Of a stretch of 64,000 bases of DNA, positions 14,501 through 27,900 are shown piece after piece; position 1 is the first letter of the stretch, and every line of letters begins with the position of its first letter. The translations under genes were made by a program, and so were the position numbers. The notes beneath the pieces were generated by a model, which saw nothing but the letters and a program-made list of their open reading frames with translations, ran no database searches and was not told the DNA's origin. Source of the stretch: Camelus dromedarius (lineage: Eukaryota); assembly GCF_036321535.1 (NCBI RefSeq), contig NC_087437.1, positions 60,638,001-60,702,000 on the forward strand, written 5' to 3'.

Positions 14501-16400
14501 TATTTGAATCTATTCCTGTACTTTCTATTCTGTTCCATTCTTCTGTCTCTCCCTGTGCCAGTGCTAGTTTAATTATAATAGTATGATAAGATAAGACACT
14601 TTAATCGCTGATAAGTCTGGTTCCCTCTCATTTTGTCCTAGATATTTCTACTTGTTTGGTTAAAAAACAATCTTGTTGGTATTTTTTTTTAATTGAGGTA
14701 ACATTGATTTATAATATTTAACCTGTTGGTATTTTTATTGGAGTCTCATTAAATGTATACAACCTAGAGTAAATGGACTTTCTAAAAATGTGGCATTTGT
14801 TCAGATCATCTTTTGTATCCCTTAGTAGAATTTTAAAGTTTTATTAATACATATATTACATAAATCTCATTAAATTTATTCCTTGTTATTTCATTTTGTG
14901 TTTTATCGTAAACAGATTATTTTTTCCATTAGTTTTTCTAAGTAGTTGTTGTTTGTGTGAAATCTATAGTTTCTGAATATTAATTTTAAATCAGAAATCT
15001 TACTCTATTATTTTGCTGTTTGTAATACGTTCTTTTTAATTAATAGGCTATTTTTAAAGCAGTTTTAAGCTCACAGCAAAATTAAATGGAAAATATAAAG
15101 TGTCCCCACATACCCCCTGCTCTTTCCCTCCCCCCACCACATACTCAAGCTCCCTCACCATTAGTGGTCTACATCACAGTGGTACATTTATTACAATTAG
15201 TGAACCAACATTGACATATTACCAAACAAAATCCATAGTTTACATTAGAGTTCACTCTCTGTTTTGCACATGCTGTGTGTTTTGACAAATGCATAATGAC
15301 ATGTCTCCATCACTGTAGTAACATACAGAATAGTTTCCTGTACTCCACCTGTTCATCCCTCCCACCTCATGAACCCCTGGCAATCACTGATCTATTTACC
15401 ATCTCTGTAGTTTGCCTTTTCCAGAATATTATGCAGTTGGGATCACCATACAGTTGGCTACCGTATGTAAACTTTTAGATTGGCTTCTTTCACTTAGAAA
15501 TATGCATCTAAGTGTCCTCCAAGTCTTTCTGTGGTTTGATAGCTCATTTCTTTTTAGCGCTGAATAATAGTCCATTGTCTGTCTTTACAACAGTTTATTT
15601 ATCCATTCACCTACTGAAGGGCATCTTGGTGGCTACCACATTTTGGCAATTATGAACAAAGTTTCTATTAACATTTGTGTGCAGGTTTTTGTGTGGACAT
15701 AAGTTTTCAACCCATGTGGGTAAACACTAAGGGATACAGTTGCTGGATTATATAGTAAGAATATGTTTAGCTTTTTAAGGAACCACTAAACTATCTTCCA
15801 AAGTAGCTGTGCTATTTTGCATTCCCATGAACAATGAATGAGAGTTCCTGTTGCTCCACATCCTCACCAGCATTTGGTGGTTAGTCTATTTTGAGTCAAA
15901 TCTTTTGGGTTTTCCAGGTATAAAATTATGTCACCTAGAAATAATTTTTCTTCCTTTCTGACTTCCATACCTCTATGTTCTACTCTTGTCAAATCACATC
16001 TAGAAAAATGGACACTGCTTTCAGAAAAATGTTAAATAGCTGCAAAAATGGATAAATCTTTCTTGTTCCTGACTTTTTTTTTGATGTCATATTTACATCA
16101 TTAAAACTTTTTTTTAATTGCATTATAGTCAGTTTACAATGTTGTGTCAATATTCCTGACTGTGAGTTGGAGAGAGCTTGTCCCTATTAAGCACGATGCT
16201 GCCTTTGATATTGAGATAAATATATTTTATCATGTTAAGGAAGTCTATACCTATTCCTACCAAGATTAAACTGTTGAATTTTTCAGCCTTTTTAGAAGTA
16301 ATCATATAATTATCTTTTGATCTATTAATATGGTAAATTATATTGATAGATTTCCTAATATTAAATGATTCTATTTCCAGAAGATAGCCATTTTTAGAAA
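11580..16400. mobile_element. Cluster of nested old LINE-1 fragments in both orientations
   Basis: AT-rich block: plus-strand L1 3' UTR-like segment about 12150-13100, ORF1-like peptide 13362-13580, minus-strand ORF2 remnants about 13920-15030 and 15880-16400, minus-strand 3' end about 15030-15880. Confidence 0.75.
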
Positions 16401-19229
16401 ATTACTTGAATTCTTCGTACACACACAAAAACTTTCTTATCTGAACCCTTGTCTTTGAAAAAATTAGATGTACAAATGTGAAAAAGCTACTCATCAAGTT
16501 CTCCTATTCCTCTAATAGATCCAAGTTGATCTATATATGAAAAACCAGGGCCCCTTTGGCTAGAGAGGAACAGAAAATGGCCCAAAGTGAATCTCTGCCA
16601 GCCAAAACAAATATGAAGCTTTGCTTAGATTTAAGTGGACAAGGTGGGTTCTTTGCCTGAGGACCATCCCCGGGCTCAGGGAGCTGTGGGGCCCAGAGCC
16701 CCACCCAGCCTTCACATGAGTCAATCCTACCTCTTAGGGTCACCAGTCAATTCTGTTAATGATCTGAGATCTGTTTCTCAACTTCTTTCACAATGCTGGG
16801 GGCCCAAGGCCAGCACGCCTCGTGAGGGAGTGAGGGAACAGGAAGCAAGGAACAGAGATCAGGGTCACCTGGGCTTGGTGTGTCCTTTGAGTTTCTTAGG
16901 AAGTGGTTTTCCGGGCTCAGCAGGGAAATCTGTTCTCTAGGAAAATGAGAGACCTCTGCTTCCACAAATCAAATTCCTGTGATCACCAGCCTACTGTTTC
17001 TCTGTGTTTCTGGCTCTGTCCTTAACTCTGATACTGTCCTTCTAGCTCTCTCATCCCAGTATGGATGGGCCCTTGCCCCCGAGTCTCTAGTGGTGACTCC
17101 TGGCTGTGCCCTGAGTGTACTGCAGCAGCCTCAGGCTGGCCCCATCGTAGACACAGCCCAGGCTTCCTAAAGGCTTCAGCTGGTGAGTCCCTGGAATGGG
17201 GCAGGGTTTGCTGAGACAAAGCCAAAAAAAAAAGCCCTAGACAGGTGGCACTGCAAAATGTAGGTAGAACTATATAAACCTATTGACAATCAACTAATTT
17301 TGACCTTCAAAAAATGACACTGTTAAAAGGTTCAAACATGATTTGCCTTTGAGACCAAAACAGTCACAGAACCGAATCTGCAGTGCCACCCAGTGGTCAG
17401 AGCACGCAAATGGCGCTTGTATCATTAACTGTGATGGTGATGACAGAATAACCTTTCTGGAGCTCCCACTATGTGCTGGGGATTAAGAGCTTTACACAAG
17501 TGAATATTTAATGCTATTGTGGTTTATGGTAATAACTATTTTTATAAACTATAAACAGATCTTCTGAGGCAGGCAGGTAAGTATTATTATTATCCCCATT
17601 TTATAGGTGAGAAAATTGAGGCTCAGGGAATTTTAAGCAAATGATGCAGGATCACACAGCTGAGGGAAGCAGACTGAGGTCTGACTCAGAGTCATACTTT
17701 CACATCTACTGGCTTCCCTTCCTGCTGTAGGGAGAAGATGAGCTGGAGATCAAAACCCTCAGAAGTAACAGCCAAGGCTGACACACCTGATGTCTGAGCA
17801 CTTCATGCCATACAGGAACAGTAGAACCACTAAGGTAGGCCATTAAATTAATAGTGTGTGTGTGTATATATATATATACACTTTAAAAACTGAACAAGTA
17901 ACTGTTGGCTTAGTGAAGTTCACTCTGGAAAATTTTGTCCAAAAATTAATCAGTATTCGTGTAATTTAAATTAAATGTTTTTATTCAAATCTTCTTTGGG
18001 AGTCCTTTGAATCAAATGGTGTATCCAAATGGCAAGGTCCAAGAACTCCCTCCTGTGATGCCACAGCAGCTTCCTCCCATCCTTTGCCTGGGGGCCAAGA
18101 GAAGAAGCTGCTTTGTTAGGCAGGCTGAGGAAGTGGTAAAGCAGGCAGGATGCCCCCTACCACCAAAGGTTCCTGAGCTGGGCACAATGAGCCAGGAGGA
18201 TACGGCAATGGCCAGTCCATGGGACACTGGTCAGAGCCATCCTGGCTGGAGATAGCGAAGCTCTTTCAGGTGACTAACCTCCAAGACATTAGAGCTGTGT
18301 GGCTTTCTAGAGATCACAGTGTCATTTTACAGATGGAGAAGCTGGAGCACAGAGAAAGGAATCAGCCTGCTCTATCTAGCTGGTGGCAGAGTCAGGTCAT
18401 GCCAACACCCCATCCCAGCTACTTCTGGCCACTCAGTGAGAAGGGAAACACTGCTGCTACAACTGATCTGTAACTTGTGAGCCAGGAAAACCACAGGAGG
18501 ACTTGGGCTAGGACCTCAGCTCTTCCTGAGCCTGTACCAACTGAGAACTTAGTCCCTCTCCACGCAGGCGGAGGGCAGAGAAAGGAGGAAATGAAGCTGG
18601 TTCCAGCACAGGCTCCACATCTGTCTTCCCGTTTCCTACAGGGTCTAGTCCTGATTACAGATGTTGGCAATGAGGAGGAGGAAGATGAAAGAGGAGGGGT
18701 GACCGGAGGAAGGGAAGCTGGGCCCTGACCAGTGATGAGAAGGCCGCAGGGTTACTTGGTTACATCTTGAGGCTTAGGCTCTCATACCAGGCTTCTCTCT
18801 CTCATGTAAGATCTGTGTATCCATCTGAGTTTTTCAGAGGTACACAAGTATTACTTTGATTTAAAATGTAGATTAAAGCAGTAAAGAGTTCAATTTGGCA
18901 ACTAGAGACGAAGATCCCCAGGGAGCAGGGGGCCTGAGGGCGGGGCAGACAGCACCTTCCCCCTGGGCCAGAGCGGGGGAAATGAGCCTTTTTCTGTGCT
19001 GCACTCAGTACTTAAAATTTATGGTACTTACAGTATATAAATAATATCTCAACAAAGTAGGTATTGGGTTTGTTTGTTTGCTTGCTTGCTTGCTTTTTGT
19101 TTTGTGTGAGGGCTGCTGTGAAGCATGAAAGGGAATACAGGTGAAGCGTTTCTGCTCAAGACGTTCCAAAAAACATCTGACTTGGAATGAAGGGCGAGAG
19201 GCTCTCTAGGCCAGGTCAGCCTCCCCCGG

Positions 19230-20270
19230 GAAGCTTAGTAAAACACTCCTCCGCCAGGGGGCAGTGTCGAGTCGGCCGGCCACCACGCTCGTTCTGCAGT
19301 CTCGGGCGTGGGCGTGGGAGGCGAGGAGCCCCGCAGTAGCGCGCCGAGCTACGCCCTGGAGCCCGCGAGTGGGAGGCGTTCACCTGCGGAGGGACCAGGA
19401 GGGGTGGTTCCAGCGCCACATCCCAGCGGCGGGCTTGGCTGCCCGCACTTGCGGGCGCGGCGTCCGGGAAGGGAGCCTGGGCTCTCGGGCGCACGGTGAC
19501 CTCCTCTGGCCCCGGCTCGCAGGCAACTCTGGGCCAGTCACCCGCCCCCGACTTGCGGAATGCAGAGGAGGGGAGGCAGCACCCGCCGCTGGACTGTTTC
19601 CAGGACCAAATGCGCGGCGGCCGGCCGCTGCCCGGAAGGAGCTGCTTCGGGCTGAAACCGAACCCGCCTCTCCAGCGCCAATTCCCAAACAAGGCCGGCA
19701 GATCCTCGCCGCAGCGCCTTTCCTCCCGGACCTGCTCCACTCCACATGTCCCCAACACACACGTAGAACTCAGAAATTTTCCTTTTGAATGACAAAAGAA
19801 GTATGGCCTAGAAATGTTCTGCTTAACCGTCCCTCGTACTAAAAAGGCAGCTCACCAGGCGTGGCTCGCCAGGGAGGGGGCTGCTAGGGGAATGACCCGG
19901 AATGCGGGGAGGGGAAAGACCAGCCACTGCTCGGCTTGCCATGGCCTAGGGGACACCGGGGGCCCTCCGTCATCCCCTAACCGAGGCCACAGCCGGGGCC
20001 TCAGGGGACGCCTTCAGCGGCCCCGCCCGCGGATGCGCTGGTCTCCGGCCCTCTCCGCCGCACCTCCGCCCCGCCTGCGCAATTCCCTGGCTGGGGCAGC
20101 GAGGCGGCCGCGCTGAGGACACGCCGCCCGGCTCCTGCCTTCTGGTCGGGGCGGCTCGGGATCCACCCTCTTTGGGGGCTCTCGCAGGGCCGGAAGCCGC
20201 CGGCGGGGCAGGTGCAGCCCAGAGCAGCGCGCGGTGAGTCGGGCGGAGCAGCTCGGGAAGAGTTGCTGGG
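19230..20270 (+). promoter_or_regulatory. PIGZ: CpG island; candidate upstream PIGZ promoter and non-coding first exon
   Basis: High GC and CpG density, GC boxes, CTCF-like motif at 19251, consensus donor GCG|GTGAGT with GT at 20234-20235. Confidence 0.65.
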
Positions 20271-20509
20271 GGGTCCAGGGTGGGGAGGAAGCTAAGGGCA
20301 GAGAGGACAGTTGTTTCCATTCCTACATTTGCTAGCTGCTGGAGACTGTGGAGGCAGGCCGGGGAGCTGTGGCCGTGCACATTCTAGCTGGCAACTTTCC
20401 CCAAATTAGGGTCCGCCGGCTCTGAGGACCCACTTGCCTCTCTAGGGGAGACAGGAGGCTGGTGGTGACGTTTTCTTGGGAAGGGGAAGGGAGGTTGTGG
20501 GTATACTCC

Positions 20510-20720
20510 ACTTCAGAGCGCTAGCTTTGGGCCCAGAGGCCTATATTTGAATCTTCTCCTACTACCGACTGCTGTTCTTGGGTGGTCCCTTTTCTTTACT
20601 GAGCCTCAGTTTTCCCATCTATTAAATGGGTATATAATGCTACCTCCCAGGGTTCCTGTGAGAATGAAACCAAAAGACGCTGCAAAATGCTGAGCACGGA
20701 ACTGTGAGTACACATAGGTC
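20510..20720 (+). mobile_element. MIR SINE
   Basis: CTGAGCCTCAGTTTTCCCATCTATTAAATGGG...CTACCTCCCAGGGTTCCTGTGAGAATGAAA matches the MIR core. Confidence 0.7.
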
Positions 20721-21289
20721 CGCATTTAGCAGAGAAGAATCGCCACTTCTATCCTTGCGCGGTGCACTTTGGGCCAGGCCTGCCCTCTCAAGGGTGACAG
20801 GATGGCTTTCCTGCCCAGGAGTCACATGGGGGCACGTACAAGAGCAAAAGCCCTGTGGCCAAGGATGATCCTGGCGACCTTGCGGCGCTCTGGTTGGTGG
20901 CTGCCCTGGCCTTTGCTTGGTACCACGATATGGCAAGGACAATTGCAGGTTTCCTTAAGGACATCCTTCACCCTTCCTTCTTAAGCGTTATTCTTAACCC
21001 CCAGACACCTTCGCCTCATAAAAGTGGGAGCAGCTGTCAAAATTATTAACACCTGAAGACTCCCTGCTACAGAGCAGAGTTCCCATTTTGCAGGTGGGAA
21101 CTGTGAGGTCACAGATGGTTACGTGATGTATCCCAGTTAATGGAGATAACTTAGTCTCTTCCACTCTCCCTTATGTGTGTTTAATGCTGTGTGTTGCATT
21201 CTCTGTTAATCAGAGAGTAAACATAGGCCCGTTTGGGCAGCCAGAGAAGGAGGCACCAGGGTCAGACATTGCAATGCTTTCAGGATGGG

Positions 21290-22350
21290 GCGCCCTACAG
21301 GGTTTACTGCGGCCCCCAGGGTTGACGTAAGGAAGAAATACGACACCAAATTCAGGAAAGCCACTCTCACCCTCTGCCCCTGGAATGGACCCTGGAGTTT
21401 GGAACAAGATCTTGCTCTTGAGGAAAATGGTCCTTGCGCGTTTCGAGCCGAAGAAGACGCCTTTGGCTGTTGCGCAGGGTCCCCCTTCTCCAACACTCCC
21501 GCCTACGCAGTCTTTAAAGCCTCCTCCGAATGCCGGATCCGGAGAAGGAACTGAATCTTGGGCCTGCCGCCTTTTCCCGTAAGCAGCGACCCGGTGGTCT
21601 TGTCAGGAAGTTTACGTTTGAAGGTAAAGACGGGTTTTTTTTGTTTGTTTGTTTTTTAATTTTATGGGGTTTTTTTGGAATGAGCCACAGCGATGGCTGC
21701 CATTCTGGACCATGCTCATTCAGTTGTGTCCCCAGAGCACGGTGCTCCGCGTACAAAGGGCGCCAGAGAAAGGTGGACCACCGAGAGCCAATCACTGATT
21801 CAGCGAGAAAGTAAAGTGTCTCTTCCCATCCTCTCGTCCCACGGATACGATGTCTTCCCCAGCTCCCCCCGCTCCCGGCCGTAGTGGTTTCCGCTTCGCT
21901 GTATCCCTGCCACTAAGATGGTCTGTCCCTGCTGCCTGCCGTCAGACATCCCCCGGCACACGCGCAGGATGCCCCTGTCTGTGGTTATCAGCACGCACTC
22001 CCCTGCCCCACAGTCCTGTCTCCGCAGACCTGGGCGCTACCCCTTAATTCTAAAGCCCCCTGCTCCCCCACCCTCGCTGGGCTGTGGGACTTGCAGGATT
22101 TGGACCCTCGCGGGGCTCATTCTGTGCGCTTATATGCATAAATAGCAGGTTCGCATTCTGACTGGGTTTAGGTGAGTAGTTGCCACGCCCCATGGTGTGG
22201 GCTCCACCCCCTGGAACGCTGGCGAGAGGCGGCCACGAGGCCTCAGCCTTGCTGGATGAGCAGCAGGTGGGCCTCTTTCTGGAGAACTCCCGCACTTAAT
22301 TCCAGTGCCCGCTATGTCGCCACCTCCTCCGGGGATCTCTGAATCTGTCC
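21290..22350 (+). promoter_or_regulatory. PIGZ: Second CpG-rich promoter-like region; candidate PIGZ TSS and non-coding exon 1
   Basis: CpG-rich, AGCCAATCA (CCAAT box) near 21786, GTAGTGGTTTCCGCTTCG near 21881, donor TAG|GTGAGT with GT at 22172-22173. Confidence 0.55.
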
Positions 22351-24204
22351 TTGACCCTGGCCCCGCAGTGGGCGCATCCAAGTGGACTGGATGAATCTGA
22401 ATGGATCCCAGACCTGGGGGACTTAAGCCAGACAGGACAGAGAAGGAGTCAGAGCACCAGCGGCCAGTGCAGGGCGCAGCACAAGGCCTGGCACAGGGTG
22501 CTCTGAAAATGGGATTTGGGAGGGTGTCTTGGGGATCCAGGCAGTTTTTAAAATCTGTCTTCACTGTAGTGAAGTACCCTGAAGTAGGCACTATTCTTAT
22601 CCTCATTTTACAGAGAGATTAAGTGTTCTTTCACCATGACAGAGCAAGAATTTGAAACCAGGTCTACCCAATGCCGAAGCTTGTCTTAACCTCCTTATTA
22701 TAAGCATACCTGCAAAAGAAGCCATGTGAGCAAAGATGCTGAGATGAGAAAGAATGCAGAATAGAGGAGGAGACTACCGAAAAAAAAAAAACAACAACAA
22801 AAACGTAGTTTCTGGAGCACCCAGCTCTGTCCACAAAGAGGCAGGAGTGAGGCTGGAGAGGATGCTGGAGAGCCTTGTAAGCCAAAACAGGAAAGGGGAC
22901 TTGGTCCTGAGGGTGATGAGGACCAACCCCCCCCCCCCCCCGAGGTTTTATACAGGAGAGTAATGCACTCTCTCTGGCTGCAGTTAGGAGGGTGGGTGCA
23001 GGTTGGGGAGGGAAAGCAGAGAGGTAACTGCAGTCTACTTTAGATCTAGCTTCTCAAGGTGTTTCTCATTATACACACATAGAAAATGATTACTTTTGTA
23101 TGACACACTGGGGTAATAAAGGGGGCTGTTTGCAACTAGAGGCAATCAATCCAGGGGCTCCAGACACCTGAAGACCCTGCACAGCCACCCCTAGGGCTGA
23201 AGACTCTCGGGCAACATGTACCCCAGTCACAGTGGACCTGGACTCAGTAACAGTGAAGGATGAAGAACAATCCTGGATTCAAAGGATGATTAGAGAGCTA
23301 AGTTAGTATCACATCATGAGGCATGAAGATGGAAGATAACACTTGGGTCTCTGGACTGAATAACTGGATAAACTAGTTCTCTCACTGCTGCAGGGAATAT
23401 GGGGCCAGGGCTGGTTGATAGGGAAATTATGCCTTCTTTCTAGCTGCCCTGTGTTTGAGGGACGTGCAGAAGCCCAACACGCAGTGGATCAGGCTCTGGA
23501 GTCAGACTGAGTCCAACTACTGCTTTCATCAGCCTCCTGGTTCTGTTGCTTTGAGCAAAAAACTTGATCTCTCTAAACCTATCCATTCATCTACAAGATA
23601 GGGATAAGAATAGAATTATAGGTTTGTTATGAGAATAAAATGAAATAATGTACAGTGCCTGGAACATCATAAGTATCTAAAAATGGCAATTCTATTTGTT
23701 ATTATTTATTATTATCAGTAAATCTGAAGCTCAGAAAAGAAATAATTTCAAAAATCATCAAAAGGAAATTGAAACCGTGAGAATAAATGAGATGACCCAA
23801 AGAGTGTGGATGATGAGAAGGGAGGAAGTTGAAGACCAGGAGCACTGACATTTCAGGGGTGAACAGAGGAAGGGGTGCCTAAGAAGATATAGAGAAGAAG
23901 GAGGAAGACCATCAGAGCCTGACGTCATGGAAGCCACATGTCACAGCTACACAGCTGATCTTCTTTCTCACTTCCTCCTCCCTAAGAGAACCTGATGTTG
24001 TGAGGATAAGCACTCTGGATGTCTGTGTGCCTCAAAGTAGCCCACAGCCCCAACTCCAAATCAGGAAGTGAGTCCCCACTGGAAATCCCATTTCCCTTGC
24101 CAGTGATTGGTTTAGGAAGGTGTATTTGATACCTTTCTGGCCAATGGGACTGAGTGGAAAGTCTGCTGGGGGACTTCTGGAAAAGATTCCTTTGATTTAA
24201 AGAA

Positions 24205-24955
24205 ATGCACATGCAAATCAAAACCATGATAAGAAACCACTTCACACCCACTAGGATGGCTGGAGTCAAAAAGCCAGACTAATAATGAATGTTGATCAGG
24301 ATATAGGAAACTCAGAACCTTCATACTGCTGGTGGGAAGCCACTTGGAAAACAATCTGGCAGTTCTTCAAATGATTAAACACAGAGTTACCATATGACCC
24401 AGGAGTTCCATTCCTACGTATGTGCCAAGGGGAGTGGAAATGTTACGTCCACACAGAAACTTCTACACAAATGCTTATAGCAGCATTATTCATAATAGCC
24501 AGAAGGTTCAACTCAAATGTCCATCAACAGTTGACTGGATACACAAATGTCGTCTGTCCATAAAATGGAATAGTATTTGGCCATAAAAAAGGATACAGTA
24601 CTGATACATACTACGACATGGATAAACCTTGGAAACATTATTCTAAGTGAGAGAAGCCAGCCACAAAAGACCACATACTGTATGATCCCATTCATATGAA
24701 AGTCCAGAACAGGGAAATTGATAAAGACAGAAAGTAGATTAGTGGTCCCTTAGGACTGGGGTGGTAGCAGGGGGATGGGGAGTGATAAGTAAAGGATATG
24801 AGGTTTCTTCTTGAAGTGATGAAAATGTTCTAAAATTGCTGATGGTGATGGTTGCACATATCTGTGAATAGACTAAAAACCAGTGCACTGTACAAATTAG
24901 TGAATTATATGATACGTTAATTATATCTCAATAAAACTGTTAAAAAAGAAGTAAC
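24205..24955 (+). mobile_element. LINE-1 3' end (L1MB-like) interrupting a MaLR-type LTR
   Basis: ATGCAAATCAAAACCATGAT...CACACCCACTAGGATGGCT through TATATCTCAATAAAACTGTTAAAAAA; LTR-like flanks at about 23975-24205 and 24975-25225. Confidence 0.85.
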
Positions 24956-27900
24956 AACAAAAAAAGACATATGTAAAAAATACAGACTCTTCTTCTCAAC
25001 GTTGTCTTGTTTGGTTGGGATGCGGGGAGTGTACCAGCCATCTTGCTACCAGCATGAGGGAGATGTCTGCACAAGGAGACCGGCAGAGTCGCGAGGATCA
25101 CGGAGAAGCAGCAGAGGAGCCCTGGCAGTAGCAAGCTCTGCTTGTCTTGTTACGTGGCAGGATGAATTGTTTATGCCAGACTGAATCAGAGTTTTTGTTG
25201 TTGATGTTATTTCCAAATAACTAAGTACTTTAATCACCAAGAGGTTTAATATAGGAAAGTGGCTTCTTATGAAAACCTCAAGGGTGCTAGATGGTCAGGC
25301 TCAAGCTGACCCTCCAGGAATGACTCTTAGAAGCAGCAAAACTGACCCACTATGGGAGCTACCACCTCTCCCCCCCGTGTCAGGAGTCGGGGACACAGCA
25401 GGCCACCCCTGGAACTACTGAATTCAAGAACATGGTACATTACTTGTGTTCCAAGGATCGGAAAGCCGTAGTCAAACCATCATAGCTGCCTTCAGCAACC
25501 ACGAAGCTGGTGAATGAACCTGGAACTCTGCTTCAGGAAACTCACCCATCTCCTTGACCTTACTTGCCAGCAGAAAACAAGGCAGCAGGAGGATGGCTTT
25601 CCTGACTTCCACCTTCCAGATATCTCCCCCCAATGCCCATGCCCTTTGCTCTCTATTCCCGCTTGCATCTCTGCTCTTCTATCTGGAACCACTTTTCCTC
25701 CTGCCTGCTATGTATTTGTGTACATGTCTACATGTGTATATACATATGTATCTCCTTTTGAGTGTGCTGGGGGTCTGCTTGTGAAGGCCTTTCACGCTTA
25801 GTTTACCTGAAAATATCTTTGTTTTGCCCTCATTCTTGGATTGTTTTCCTTAGACATAGAAGATAGACTGTTAGTTATTTTCTCTTCTTTTTCTCTTGTG
25901 TTTGTTTTAGTTTCTGTGGGAAAGAGGGCAGCATGTGTCTGGGTCATTTGATAGTTCCCTTTCCCCACAGGGTGGATGAGATCGTGGGCCACAGCCAGGG
26001 CCTAGAAGGCCTCCCATCACGGAGACAGTGGAAGAAATCAGAACGATGGGACACATGGTCAAGGTGGAAAAGCAGGTGAGTGTGGCGTGGAGTTTTGCTG
26101 GTGTGGCAGAGTTGGTCATTTGTCAAGAAGCTCTGGAAGGCCTCGGGGACGAGGACAAGGGGAGGGTACGCTTCTCAGGCCACAGCCCAGAAACGCCCCT
26201 GCCCCCTAGGGAGGCACAAGCAGTGACCACACATCCCCTGTCCGACTGACCTGTAGTGATTTCCTTTTAGCATATGAATCTTCTTATCCATGAAGGCCTG
26301 TTGCCTACAGCTGCTTCTGATACCAAATTATCAGAGTTTAGAATGGGAAATAGAAGCCCGCAGAAAAAGAATCTAAACAGGGAATCCAATACTAAGTCAT
26401 CAGGTGAACTGGAAAGATGGGCTATAGTTCGGTCTTCCAGGGAGGACTCTGAACACCCAGAAGTGACTCACCGGAGGAGTTACCATTTGTGTGGCAGTTA
26501 GGCAAGTGTAAAGGCTACCTTAGAACTCAGTCGGATTTAGTGACACAGCAATATTGCTGAGAATCAGGATGAATCAGGATGCCACCATAACTGCAGTTGC
26601 CCCCAAAGCTGGACTGGACACTGGAAAGCTGCTGCAGGAAACCCCATGAATCCATGCTCTTGTTTGCCAGGAGGAAACAATGAAAACTGCAGGAATAGGG
26701 CTTGTGTCACATCTGCTTTCTAAATTCTTTAAATCTAATGTGCATAACCCAACTTCAAGGGATCTACAAAATGTAGCTTTTTGTTTCCCAGCCTTTTATA
26801 GTATGCAAAGAGACTCTGGAAGGAGATCAGAATCGTGGAGGGATCCCTGTTGTCAAATGGCAGGCAGTGTAGGGGCCTGAAGTGGCCACTGGTTTGACAA
26901 TTAGAAAAACAACAAGGCTCTAGAGAGGGCAGTGGTGGTGAGAAAAGCCAAACTGTATTGGGTAGAACAGTTAACAAGGCATGAGGACTGAATTCTGTGA
27001 ATGTGGATGGCTTGAGGTTTCCTGTGAAGGGAAGAGGAGAGGGAGGCAGTGGCTAGAGGGCACATCCAGTCTCAAGGAGAGTTTGGGCTGGATCTTTCTC
27101 TGAGAATGGTAGAGAATCAAACACGTTTATGGATGGAAGGGGAAGTTCCAACTGAAGAGAACAGAGAGAGCAAGTAGATACATAAAGGACGGAGAGCTTG
27201 CAGCTGGTGGAAGGGATGCTTGCTTTCCATAGAAAGATGTTCATGATATTTTGCTAAGTGACAAAAGAATATTATAAAGCAAACATTGTATGATTCCTTT
27301 TCTGGTTTAAAAATATGTGATACTTTAAAAACACTCACTGAATTGTCGGATAGCCTTCATAGAGACAAAACTCAATTCCATTGTTGCAAGGGCGGCACCA
27401 CTGAGCTGGAGCAGCACAGCCAATGGCATTGGCTTGGGCAGGATAAGAGTGGGAGAGGGTGGGATGGAGGATGGCTGACTTGTACTCTCCATTCGGCCAC
27501 AGACTGGCTCGCTCCATAGGCCTCACACTCAAGTCATGATCTCAACTCAGCCACCTTTCCAAGCAGGCTGCCGACAGTTCTTGAACCAGCTTCAGAAGCC
27601 TAGGCATAGCATCTCCCCATCCCATCCACCCTCAACAATCCTGGAGATATCCAGGTTTCCATAGTAGTCTGGGGCCACATCCCGAAAAGGCACTGATGTG
27701 ATTGCAGTACAGTCCCCTGATGTGTCCTGTTACCCCCAAATCATGGCCACAAAGTTTCACTGACCAAGGCTGTCTCATAAGTACAAGACTTCCTTGAAAA
27801 TAACTTGATATGGCTTAAACTAACTTAGCTTTTCTCAAACTCCATATTATCTCTCAACATGACAATTTATTATGCCAACCATATGAGTGTATGTATATAT

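Noticed and set aside
19216..20380. Several overlapping ORFs of 100-180 aa on both strands
   Set aside because: Expected from stop-codon scarcity in a GC-rich CpG island; low-complexity Arg/Pro/Gly/Ala content and no recognisable domain.
25240..26800. Two weakly similar segments (CAGGAAAC...TTGCCAG..AAACAA near 25535 and 26635)
   Set aside because: Look like two diverged copies of an old LTR-type repeat; too weak to define by eye.
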